Virus record (IMG/VR): IMGVR_UViG_3300031134_000466
Source of the DNA: a virus
Taxonomy: Duplodnaviria > Heunggongvirae > Uroviricota > Caudoviricetes
Direction: 5' to 3' (one strand)
Length of the DNA stretch: 30,889 bases
The notes under the pieces were generated by a model. The model had not been told where the DNA came from. It did no database searches and saw nothing but the letters and a program-made list of their open reading frames with translations. This document shows, one piece after another, positions 9,001-15,931 of this stretch (position 1 is its first letter; every line of letters starts with the position of its first letter). A program made the translations under genes and the position numbers.

Positions 9001-9008
9001 TCAAAATA

Positions 9009-9054
9009 AATAAGCCCCAAAAACCTTATAAAATCAAGGTTTTTGGGGCTTATT
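9009..9054 (+). terminator. Intrinsic terminator after the tRNA-like gene
   Basis: 19-bp arms AATAAGCCCCAAAAACCTT / AAGGTTTTTGGGGCTTATT, 8-nt loop. Confidence 0.8.
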
Positions 9055-9057
9055 CTC

Positions 9058-9086
9058 TTGTCTGACCAGCACTTTAATGATAGAAT
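9058..9086 (+). promoter_or_regulatory. sigmaA-type promoter with no downstream ORF
   Basis: TTGTCT-N17-TAGAAT with TG extended -10. Confidence 0.6.
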
Positions 9087-9110
9087 AGTAACAACACAAC
9101 ACACATAGCG

Positions 9111-9149
9111 AAGAAGGGGAACCTGCGAAAGGTTCCCCTTCTTTTTATT
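9111..9149. terminator. Intrinsic terminator (bidirectional)
   Basis: AAGAAGGGGAACCT-gcgaa-AGGTTCCCCTTCTT followed by a T-tract; also lies at the 3' end of the convergent YgjV-like gene. Confidence 0.8.
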
Positions 9150-9819
9150 TCTCGTTCTTGTAAACAGGGATTGATGCTGTTGCAACTGTCATCACTGGAA
9201 TTGTCGCAGTGCGAACTTTTTCAGTAATGACAGGAATGCTGCTGGTAATCACTTCAATAATTTGAGTGTCCACATTGTCAACATCCTGCTCAGCAACACC
9301 GCGACGAGATGCAGACATCAGAGTGGCAAGAGCGACAACGTTAGCTACCAGAGTAAATGTCTCACCAACCATCTGACCATAGATTCCAGCGTGATACTCA
9401 TAAAACAACCAGGTAGCTCCACAGGCAATCATGAAGCTTTTTGTGATTGTCATTTTGCTGAAGAAAATAGCGACTGTTCCCAGGTATGAACCAACCAATG
9501 GAAGAGTGTCAATAGCATTGAATGCATCCCATTTAGCAGTCACAAGAAACGCTCCAGTGTTCATCAGAAGGAAGAACACCAAGAACATCCAGCTATGAAA
9601 GATAGGCCATTTGATTGCAGCTAAGGCCGTCAAGTTTCGAAATATCCCGATGAAGCAAATGATAAGAGCCAGAATTGATCCGGTAAGGCTGTACTGCACA
9701 ACACACAATGCGCTGGTTGCAACAGCGAAGAGGAGCATACGCTTTCTCTGGGTGGACAGTCCAGACATGACTAAGCAGATGGATGAGAGTATCCCGATGA
9801 TAATGACAAGAGAGTTCAT
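9145..9819 (-). CDS. YgjV-family inner-membrane protein with repetitive C-terminal tail
   Basis: Multiple TM helices with YgjV-like pattern (QRKRML...QYSLTG...RNL; W..YEYHAGIYG...GE); tail has three T-x-[ST]-IPV repeats. Confidence 0.7.
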   Translation of the reverse strand: MNSLVIIIGILSSICLVMSGLSTQRKRMLLFAVATSALCVVQYSLTGSILALIICFIGIFRNLTALAAIKWPIFHSWMFLVFFLLMNTGAFLVTAKWDAFNAIDTLPLVGSYLGTVAIFFSKMTITKSFMIACGATWLFYEYHAGIYGQMVGETFTLVANVVALATLMSASRRGVAEQDVDNVDTQIIEVITSSIPVITEKVRTATIPVMTVATASIPVYKNEK

Positions 9820-9873
9820 TGGTTGAGGTGTTTCACTTTGGTTGAGGGCGTGGATCGAATATGTGGTTAAACT

Positions 9874-9895
9874 AAAAAAGCCGCCCGTAGGCGGC
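9874..9895 (-). terminator. Intrinsic terminator upstream of the YgjV-like gene (possible attenuator)
   Basis: On - strand GCCGCC-TACG-GGCGGC-TTTTTT, ending about 55 nt before the ATG at 9819. Confidence 0.7.
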
Positions 9896-9936
9896 CATGC
9901 TTTCTTAACAGTATTACATATCGGTCCTTAATTCTC

Positions 9937-9979
9937 TTCTGACGAAGAAAAAGGCTACAGAGTCTTTTCTTCGTCAGAA
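9937..9979. repeat. 15-bp perfect inverted repeat
   Basis: TTCTGACGAAGAAAA-N13-TTTTCTTCGTCAGAA, covering the -35 region of the leaderless promoter at 9980-9988. Confidence 0.75.
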
Positions 9980-9994
9980 TGGTACAATAAGAGC

Positions 9995-10198
9995 ATGAAG
10001 TATTTAGGGAAAACCAACGAGCTCCTCATCGATCTTGACGAAGCGAAGTATTTAGCTAAGCAATCGGAAGGCTGGGATGATAGTTTTGAGAATCAGAAAA
10101 TTCGTTTAGCTAAAGCTGTTCTTGCTTTCCACTCAGCTGCATTGAAAAGTTCACCCCATGGAAGACGAATGGCTTACGGAGAAAGTACTACTTTCTAA
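9995..10198 (+). CDS. Hypothetical small protein (leaderless)
   Basis: TGG-TACAAT-N6-ATG extended -10 leaderless signature; 67 aa. Confidence 0.65.
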   Translation: MKYLGKTNELLIDLDEAKYLAKQSEGWDDSFENQKIRLAKAVLAFHSAALKSSPHGRRMAYGESTTF

Positions 10199-10495
10199 GC
10201 CAGAAATCATTACTGATTGAGTGAACAGGCTTAGAGAATACTGTGAGAGATGCAAGGGTTGCAGCTGCTCATTTTTAGTGTGATAAGCTTGTCGCATTCG
10301 TCTAAATTGATTTGACGAATTGATCGTTGATAGCGACTAAACTCTGGGCCCAAAGCCTCCAATCGGCGTGGTCTGTCCCTAAAGTGACATTAAAAATGTC
10401 AAACATGCACTATTTCGTATTTGGAGACGATAGAGTATAAGGTCGTTATCTTTCCGTTACATTATTTTGTGTTTACTCAAGGACCTTTTTCTTTC

Positions 10496-11173
10496 ATGAG
10501 CGTTACCGTTTTATCCCCTCTTATTGCCATTTCTACAATCATCACAACAGCCACAACCCCTATCTCTGTACTTCCAGAACCAGAATCAACTACCCAAGCG
10601 TTAGACCTTTCAAGCATCTACGCAACAGATTCTGAAAACACACAAACTTTCACTGCATCATCAGATTCAGTAGCTACAGATATCTCCCGAGACAGTTACA
10701 CCGTAACTGACCCACCTGCTCCAGAGCCAGCTCCCTTCACCTCAGCAACAGCGATTACAACCACAACACCAACAACATCAATCCCAGTTGTTCCTACTGC
10801 TCTTAACGGTAGCACCAAAGAGCAGATTGTTCAGCTTGCCTTACAGTACGAAGGCGTGCCGTACGTGTTCGGTGGAGCTACTCCTTCAGGTTGGGACTGC
10901 TCTGGATATGTGAAATGGGTTACAAACCAAGTAACTGGAATCGATTTTCCTCATGGTGTAAGCAGTGAAGCCCACTCTGCCTACACTCACCCTGTATCAC
11001 GAGCTGAAGCACAGCCAGGAGACTTCGTAGTGTTCTACAGTGGAGCTTCTGAATACCACATCGGAATTTATTTAGGCAACAATAAACTCATTCATGCTTC
11101 AAAACCTGGCGATGTCACAAAGATTTCACCAATTTGGACTGACTCAGTTGCTTTTTATTCATTAAACGGCTAA
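10496..11173 (+). CDS. Secreted NlpC/P60 (C40) cell-wall peptidase
   Basis: GVPYVFGGATPSGWDCSG (catalytic Cys), HIGIYLG...LIHAS; Thr/Pro linker. Start at 10496 preferred (AAGGA SD) over the track start 10421. Confidence 0.9.
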   Translation: MSVTVLSPLIAISTIITTATTPISVLPEPESTTQALDLSSIYATDSENTQTFTASSDSVATDISRDSYTVTDPPAPEPAPFTSATAITTTTPTTSIPVVPTALNGSTKEQIVQLALQYEGVPYVFGGATPSGWDCSGYVKWVTNQVTGIDFPHGVSSEAHSAYTHPVSRAEAQPGDFVVFYSGASEYHIGIYLGNNKLIHASKPGDVTKISPIWTDSVAFYSLNG

Positions 11174-11191
11174 GAAACATGTCATGCTATC

Positions 11192-11199
11192 GTTAGAGA
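11192..11199 (+). promoter_or_regulatory. GTTAGRNA-N6-ATG leaderless motif
   Basis: GTTAGAGA-tagatt-ATG(11206). Confidence 0.55.
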
Positions 11200-11205
11200 T
11201 AGATT

Positions 11206-12111
11206 ATGACTACTACAACAAACAGATGCCGAGCTAAGAACCCTGAAACTTGCTGGAAACATGGTACAGGTTTAGGTTTTGATGCTCACCGTGAAATTCG
11301 TGAGTACGTGAAGTACCCTCTCCAGCATTCAAATAAAGCGATTTTCACCACAGCTTTGAAAACTTATGACAGCACTCAGATCGCTTCAGTTGTCATGGCT
11401 TACGCAAATAAAACTCCCAGCATCAACGCAGCCAGGGTAAAGAAAGCTTTACTTCTTGCAGCTGATCTACACAAAACAGACACAAGAGCTAACCGTGCCT
11501 ACCATGAGCGCACTCCTTACATCGAACACCCTCTTCGTAACACGCTAAGAATCATTCGATACGGATGCAATGATGAAGCAACTTTGATTGGTTCATTACT
11601 CCACGACACAGTGGAAGACCATCCTTTCGAGATTGCCCGTGAATACGCTAAAGAAGAACCACGTGATGAAGCTCATGCTCGTGAGATTTCTTACCGTTAC
11701 ATCGAAAAGAACTTCGGTAAAAATACAGCTCAAATGGTTGAAGGTATGTCAAACCCTATCAGCGAAGACCGTTACATGCCGGCAGCACAGAAAAATGCAG
11801 TGTATCGTGACCATGTAATCAAAGCTATCAAAAACCCTCGTGTAGCTATTGGTAAAATCAGCGACTTCACCGACAATGCTTTGTCTCTTCACCACACTGA
11901 AGCAGGGATGTCAGCAGTGTCATTGTACAAAAAATCAACCAAATATCTTGGAGTGATTGACGAACTTACTCATAGAGTAAAACAAGGTTACGTCAACAAC
12001 GACCTACCAATTTCTGAAATTGGCTACAAGAATATTCTGAACCAGTTGACTGAAGGTAAAACAAAACTTCTGGATATCCAACGCCGTTACGCTCCTGAGA
12101 AAGCAGCTTGA
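11206..12111 (+). CDS. RelA/SpoT-type HD hydrolase (small alarmone hydrolase-like) with N-terminal Cys/His tag
   Basis: R....TPYIEHP, LLHDTVED, KISDFTDN motifs; N-terminus CRAKNPETCWKHG. Confidence 0.8.
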   Translation: MTTTTNRCRAKNPETCWKHGTGLGFDAHREIREYVKYPLQHSNKAIFTTALKTYDSTQIASVVMAYANKTPSINAARVKKALLLAADLHKTDTRANRAYHERTPYIEHPLRNTLRIIRYGCNDEATLIGSLLHDTVEDHPFEIAREYAKEEPRDEAHAREISYRYIEKNFGKNTAQMVEGMSNPISEDRYMPAAQKNAVYRDHVIKAIKNPRVAIGKISDFTDNALSLHHTEAGMSAVSLYKKSTKYLGVIDELTHRVKQGYVNNDLPISEIGYKNILNQLTEGKTKLLDIQRRYAPEKAA

Positions 12112-12335
12112 TGTTTCTCCTTCATTCAGCAGGAGGCAGCGTTCTTGAAGAGTTCATAGAAATAGCAACAGACCCAGCTCATCTTCTATTCGAACTCGCA
12201 TTCTCAGTTGTTTTTGATATTTTGATTGTTTCAGTCATATGGGGTTTCATTATCAAGAAGATAATCATCCCTCGTGTCAAACGAGATGTGCATCGTGAAA
12301 TTGATGAAGAACACGGCATAGCTGAACACGATTAG
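12108..12335 (+). CDS. Small membrane protein
   Basis: Overlaps the HD gene stop; DPAH motif, one or two TM helices, His-rich tail. Confidence 0.6.
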   Translation: MMFLLHSAGGSVLEEFIEIATDPAHLLFELAFSVVFDILIVSVIWGFIIKKIIIPRVKRDVHREIDEEHGIAEHD

Positions 12336-12360
12336 AAACGATTTCATTTTCTGATAATGC

Positions 12361-12366
12361 CCGATA
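12361..12366 (+). promoter_or_regulatory. CCGATA promoter motif
   Basis: CCGATAatATATAAG, 35 nt upstream of the pilin-like ATG. Confidence 0.5.
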
Positions 12367-12401
12367 ATATATAAGACACATAACCTTTTATCAGAAACTA
12401 T

Positions 12402-12803
12402 ATGATGAATCTTTTCAAATCTTCAAAAGGTGCAGTTGACCTTCCTTCTATTATTGTGGGAATCATCGTAGTGGGTGTCCTTGCTGGAATCACTTCTGTA
12501 ACAGTGTTAGGTATTATTCCTTGGGCTCAAGATAATTCAGCAAAGCAGGCTTTGACTTCTTTATCCACTGCTCAAAATTCATATAAGCAGGTGTATGACA
12601 TTTACGGTACTCAAGCACAGCTTGTTGAAAAGAAGTTGTTAGCAGCAAACGACAAAACCTGCAGTATAGTTGCGACTAACGGACTTACCTACTCTTCAGC
12701 ATCTAAATCCACCACAGGTAAAATGTTTGCCAGTGACTCCGCTACTCTAAAACCGCGTCAAGTAGCGGTTGGAGAAACAACCTGCTTCGGTGTTTTCAAA
12801 TAA
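12402..12803 (+). CDS. Type IV pilin-like protein
   Basis: Basic leader ending in KG followed by a long hydrophobic helix (AVDLPSIIVGIIVVGVLAGI...IPWAQD) and two Cys in the head domain; lacks the canonical Glu+5. Confidence 0.6.
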   Translation: MMNLFKSSKGAVDLPSIIVGIIVVGVLAGITSVTVLGIIPWAQDNSAKQALTSLSTAQNSYKQVYDIYGTQAQLVEKKLLAANDKTCSIVATNGLTYSSASKSTTGKMFASDSATLKPRQVAVGETTCFGVFK

Positions 12804-12805
12804 AG

Positions 12806-12835
12806 TTGACATCCATCGGTAAAGCATGGTACGAT
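12806..12835 (+). promoter_or_regulatory. sigmaA-type promoter upstream of the RNA ligase
   Basis: TTGACA-N18-TACGAT with TG extension. Confidence 0.75.
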
Positions 12836-12947
12836 AAGACCATGCTGAACTACTAATCTTACTTCTAATGACATAAACCTCATCAGGTGTCGAGTTAACT
12901 CCACCTGAGTGCAGGTAACCATTCTATTTAAGAAAGTAAGTACCCTG

Positions 12948-13556
12948 GTGGAACAATACCCATCTATTGATAAGATTATTCGCAATACCCACATTTACGC
13001 ATATGACAAGTTAGATGGTTCTAACATCCGTGCTGAATGGAATCGCAAGACAGGCTTCTCAAAGTTTGGTTCGCGTCGTCAACTAATCGACACATCCAAC
13101 CCGTTACTGGGAGAAGCTATTCCTTTGATTCAGAAAAAATACACTGAAGTTCTGGATGAAATCTTCCGTAAACAGAAGTATCAGAAAGCAACAGCTTTCT
13201 TTGAATTCTATGGAGAACACAGCTTTGCTGGATATCATGAAGATGAGCCTCACGATGTAACCCTTTTTGATGTTCATGTGTATAAGCAAGGCATGCTTCC
13301 TCCGAAAGATTTCAACAAAATCTTCAAGTATGTAGATACTCCTGAACTGTTGTTTGAAGGTAAGCCTTCCCAGGAGTTCATCTCCGCTGTGAAAACAGGT
13401 TCGCTGGAAGGTATGACTTTCGAAGGAGTAGTTTGCAAAGGTGGTTACGATAACCGTAACCGTCTTGCTTCTTTCAAAGTCAAAAACCTGGCATGGTTAG
13501 ATAAGCTGAAGAACAGGTTCATTGATGATGAACAAATGTTTAACAAATTAGCTTGA
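12948..13556 (+). CDS. RNA ligase, Rnl2-like nucleotidyltransferase domain
   Basis: Motif I KLDGSN, III FEFYG, IIIa LFDV, IV EGVV, V KVK. Start GTG 12948 (MEQYPSI) preferred over the track start 12909. Confidence 0.8.
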   Translation: MEQYPSIDKIIRNTHIYAYDKLDGSNIRAEWNRKTGFSKFGSRRQLIDTSNPLLGEAIPLIQKKYTEVLDEIFRKQKYQKATAFFEFYGEHSFAGYHEDEPHDVTLFDVHVYKQGMLPPKDFNKIFKYVDTPELLFEGKPSQEFISAVKTGSLEGMTFEGVVCKGGYDNRNRLASFKVKNLAWLDKLKNRFIDDEQMFNKLA

Positions 13557-13582
13557 CATCAATATTGATACAAGAGTATAGT
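13553..13582 (+). promoter_or_regulatory. sigmaA-type promoter with palindromic spacer
   Basis: TTGACA-N18-TATAGT; 12-bp palindrome ATCAATATTGAT at 13558-13569. Confidence 0.75.
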
Positions 13583-13634
13583 GTGAACTGTATTCAAGAT
13601 TTGGTTTCTATCCATTTGACGAAAGAAAAACATT

Positions 13635-13976
13635 ATGCCTAAGTTCCAGTTCCGCCCAGTGCTTCCTGTCATCACGGTTAGCACTGTAAAGCAGGATGAC
13701 CTGAAGGAAATTGCTAGCAACCTTCACACCTTCGCAGGGGTGAATCCTCAGGATGTGACTAAGGGCAAGCTGAAGAAGCAAGGGTTTGTTGTTGTTGATG
13801 GTGACCAGCGTGATGGTTACGAAACACGAGTTATTGTTGAAGTAGGTGACTTCCTGGTTGTTTCCAATAACGGAGTTCAGGCTATTGCTAAGGACGCCCG
13901 CATCCTTGATGGTGACTTCACAGGTCTCCCTGCTGAACTGTTTACTCCAATTACAGGAACTGCTCTAAACGAGTAA
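13635..13976 (+). CDS. Hypothetical protein
   Basis: 113-aa ORF with SD-like GAAAGAA, its own promoter and terminator. Confidence 0.75.
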   Translation: MPKFQFRPVLPVITVSTVKQDDLKEIASNLHTFAGVNPQDVTKGKLKKQGFVVVDGDQRDGYETRVIVEVGDFLVVSNNGVQAIAKDARILDGDFTGLPAELFTPITGTALNE

Positions 13977-13986
13977 AAAGTACCAG

Positions 13987-14022
13987 AGTGTGGCCACCTG
14001 ACATGTTCCAGGTGGCCACACT
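13987..14022 (+). terminator. Intrinsic terminator
   Basis: AGTGTGGCCACCTG-N8-CAGGTGGCCACACT followed by TATTT. Confidence 0.75.
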
Positions 14023-14029
14023 TATTTAA

Positions 14030-14042
14030 CCGATAGATATAA
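14030..14042 (+). promoter_or_regulatory. CCGATA-N2-TATAA promoter motif
   Basis: CCGATAgaTATAA starting 37 nt before ATG 14067; same spacing as at 22223. Confidence 0.6.
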
Positions 14043-14066
14043 GGGACATAGAGTGAGGATAATTAG

Positions 14067-15506
14067 ATGTGTAGAAAATTAGAAGACGGTGGACGCCGTT
14101 GCAACTCAGACAATGCTTTCGGTATTCACGTGAGAAATCTGCAAGCCCAGAAGCAGTACCATGCCAAGCAAGGTAACACTGATCGTGTTGCCATCATTAC
14201 TGATGAGATGGAGAAACTTCGAGAGAAGAAAGCTCATTTGACTGCTGATGGTGGTAAAATCCGTGCCTATTCCATGGAGCTCACAGAGAACGCTCAACGT
14301 GTCTTGAATCAGTTGCGTGAAGATGGATATGAACCGTACGTTGTAGGTGGAAGTGTTCGTGATGCATTGCTGGGTCTTGACTCCAAAGACGTTGACATCG
14401 AAGTGTACAAAGCCACACCTGAGGAAGTTGTTGCTTCTTTGAGTAAAATTGGTCAAGTTGACGAAGTAGGTAAATCTTTTGGTGTGTTGAAAATTCAAAT
14501 CGGAGGAGAAGACTTTGATGTCTCTCTTCCTCGTAAAGATTCCAAAGTTGGTGATGGGCATAGAGGCTTCACCACTGAACTGCTTCCAGAACTTTCAATG
14601 TATGAAGCAACAGCACGTCGTGATTTCACCATCAATGCTTTGATGTATGACAACCAGCTTGGATACATTATCGATAAGCATGAAGGTCTTGAAGACTTAG
14701 ACAAAAAGCAACTTCGTCACATCTCTGATGCGTTTGATGAAGACCCTTTGCGTGTTCTTCGTGGAGTTCAGATGGCTTCTCGTTTCGACATGGAATTGCA
14801 TCCTGACACTGTTGTAAAAGCTCAGACCTTACAGCCACAGTTCCAGGCATTAGCTAAAGAGCGTGTTCAAACTGAGTTTGAGAAACTTTACTCGAAAGGT
14901 AAAGCCCCTCACAAAGCTTTCCAGCTGTTGAAGTCTACTGGCTGGGACACCAACTTTAGTGGATTAGCCGACGCTAATGACGAAAAACTGGGTCAGAATC
15001 TACAAAGAACTCAATCGTTAGCAGATGATGGCACAATTCCTAAGAGCAAATATGCTTACGTCTTGTCAGCAAACATTGCTTCACACTTGAATGACAATGA
15101 TGCTAAGAGTTTTCTAAGCTACACAACAATCGGGGATGATGCTAAGAACGGCTCGTACAATCTTTCTCGTTTGCAGCTTCCTGAGAATGAAGACAAAGCA
15201 ACTATGAGACATTGGGCTAAGTCTTTGACTCGCCATAACACCGTTCAGGATTGGGTATACCTTGCTAAATCTCGTGGTGAGACTGAGAAAGCTGAACGTA
15301 TTCAAAACACTGCTCAGGCTTTAGGTCTTCTTGACGGACCTGAACCTGATTTAGTGAAAGGTGAAGACTTGATGGCGTTATTCCCTGGCCGTCGTCCAGG
15401 TCCTTGGATGAGAATTGCTTTGGATGAATCCCGAGCTGCTCAATATGCGGATGGTTTCCGTACCCGTGAATCAGGTTTGGCTTGGATTAAGAAAAACTTG
15501 GTGTAA
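14067..15506 (+). CDS. cca: Class II tRNA nucleotidyltransferase (CCA-adding enzyme family) with N-terminal Cys tag
   Basis: VGGSVRDALLG..SKDVDIEV, RRDFTINAL, DPLRVLR, ERVQTEFEK; extra N-terminal ~70 aa beginning MCRKLEDGGRRC. Confidence 0.85.
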   Translation: MCRKLEDGGRRCNSDNAFGIHVRNLQAQKQYHAKQGNTDRVAIITDEMEKLREKKAHLTADGGKIRAYSMELTENAQRVLNQLREDGYEPYVVGGSVRDALLGLDSKDVDIEVYKATPEEVVASLSKIGQVDEVGKSFGVLKIQIGGEDFDVSLPRKDSKVGDGHRGFTTELLPELSMYEATARRDFTINALMYDNQLGYIIDKHEGLEDLDKKQLRHISDAFDEDPLRVLRGVQMASRFDMELHPDTVVKAQTLQPQFQALAKERVQTEFEKLYSKGKAPHKAFQLLKSTGWDTNFSGLADANDEKLGQNLQRTQSLADDGTIPKSKYAYVLSANIASHLNDNDAKSFLSYTTIGDDAKNGSYNLSRLQLPENEDKATMRHWAKSLTRHNTVQDWVYLAKSRGETEKAERIQNTAQALGLLDGPEPDLVKGEDLMALFPGRRPGPWMRIALDESRAAQYADGFRTRESGLAWIKKNLV

Positions 15507-15510
15507 CAAC

Positions 15511-15557
15511 AAACGAAGAAGGTCACCTCTTGTTGATGGAGGTGACCTTCTTCGTTT
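15511..15557 (+). terminator. Intrinsic terminator
   Basis: 19-bp arms AAACGAAGAAGGTCACCTC / GAGGTGACCTTCTTCGTTT. Confidence 0.8.
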
Positions 15558-15610
15558 CATCTGTGACGAACAAACAGGTGTTTCTCAGGAAGAAATGGTA
15601 GAGTGGGTTC

Positions 15611-15886
15611 ATGAATACCTCAAAAGACAAGCTCAACACCATGATGGAAGATGCTCTCCTGCTTCTGACCTTCTATGACAAAACAGATGACAGTCCTTTG
15701 GATGATGAAACTCGCTCTTTGATGGCTCCTTTGTTTACAATGCAGACTGCCGGCGGTGGAGGACTCGTTCTGACCTTCCTTCTCATGCAGGAATATGCGG
15801 CAGCAGCAGATATGACGACAGAGGAAGTTGTTGAAGTCCTTCGAGGCCGTCTGTTTGGGTTGCTGGAGAACCTTTCCAAGGACTAA
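15611..15886 (+). CDS. Hypothetical acidic helical protein (leaderless)
   Basis: TGG-TAGAGT-N6-ATG signature; 91 aa. Confidence 0.65.
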   Translation: MNTSKDKLNTMMEDALLLLTFYDKTDDSPLDDETRSLMAPLFTMQTAGGGGLVLTFLLMQEYAAAADMTTEEVVEVLRGRLFGLLENLSKD

Positions 15887-15931
15887 CCCTTGCATGTGTC
15901 CGATAGCTTCTCACAAGCAAAAAGGACACCA

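Noticed and set aside
8872-9003. tmRNA, tRNA-Sec or group I intron interpretation
   Set aside because: Too short for tmRNA or a group I intron, has a D arm, has no tag ORF, and lacks a UCA anticodon or long variable arm.
8841-9185. ORFs 8841..9065 (+) and 8982..9185 (-)
   Set aside because: They overlap the tRNA-like gene, its terminator and the promoter; the RNA features explain the sequence better.
10199-10495. c-di-AMP (ydaO/yuaA) riboswitch ahead of NlpC/P60
   Set aside because: The expected conserved segments of that riboswitch are not recognisable; context alone is insufficient.
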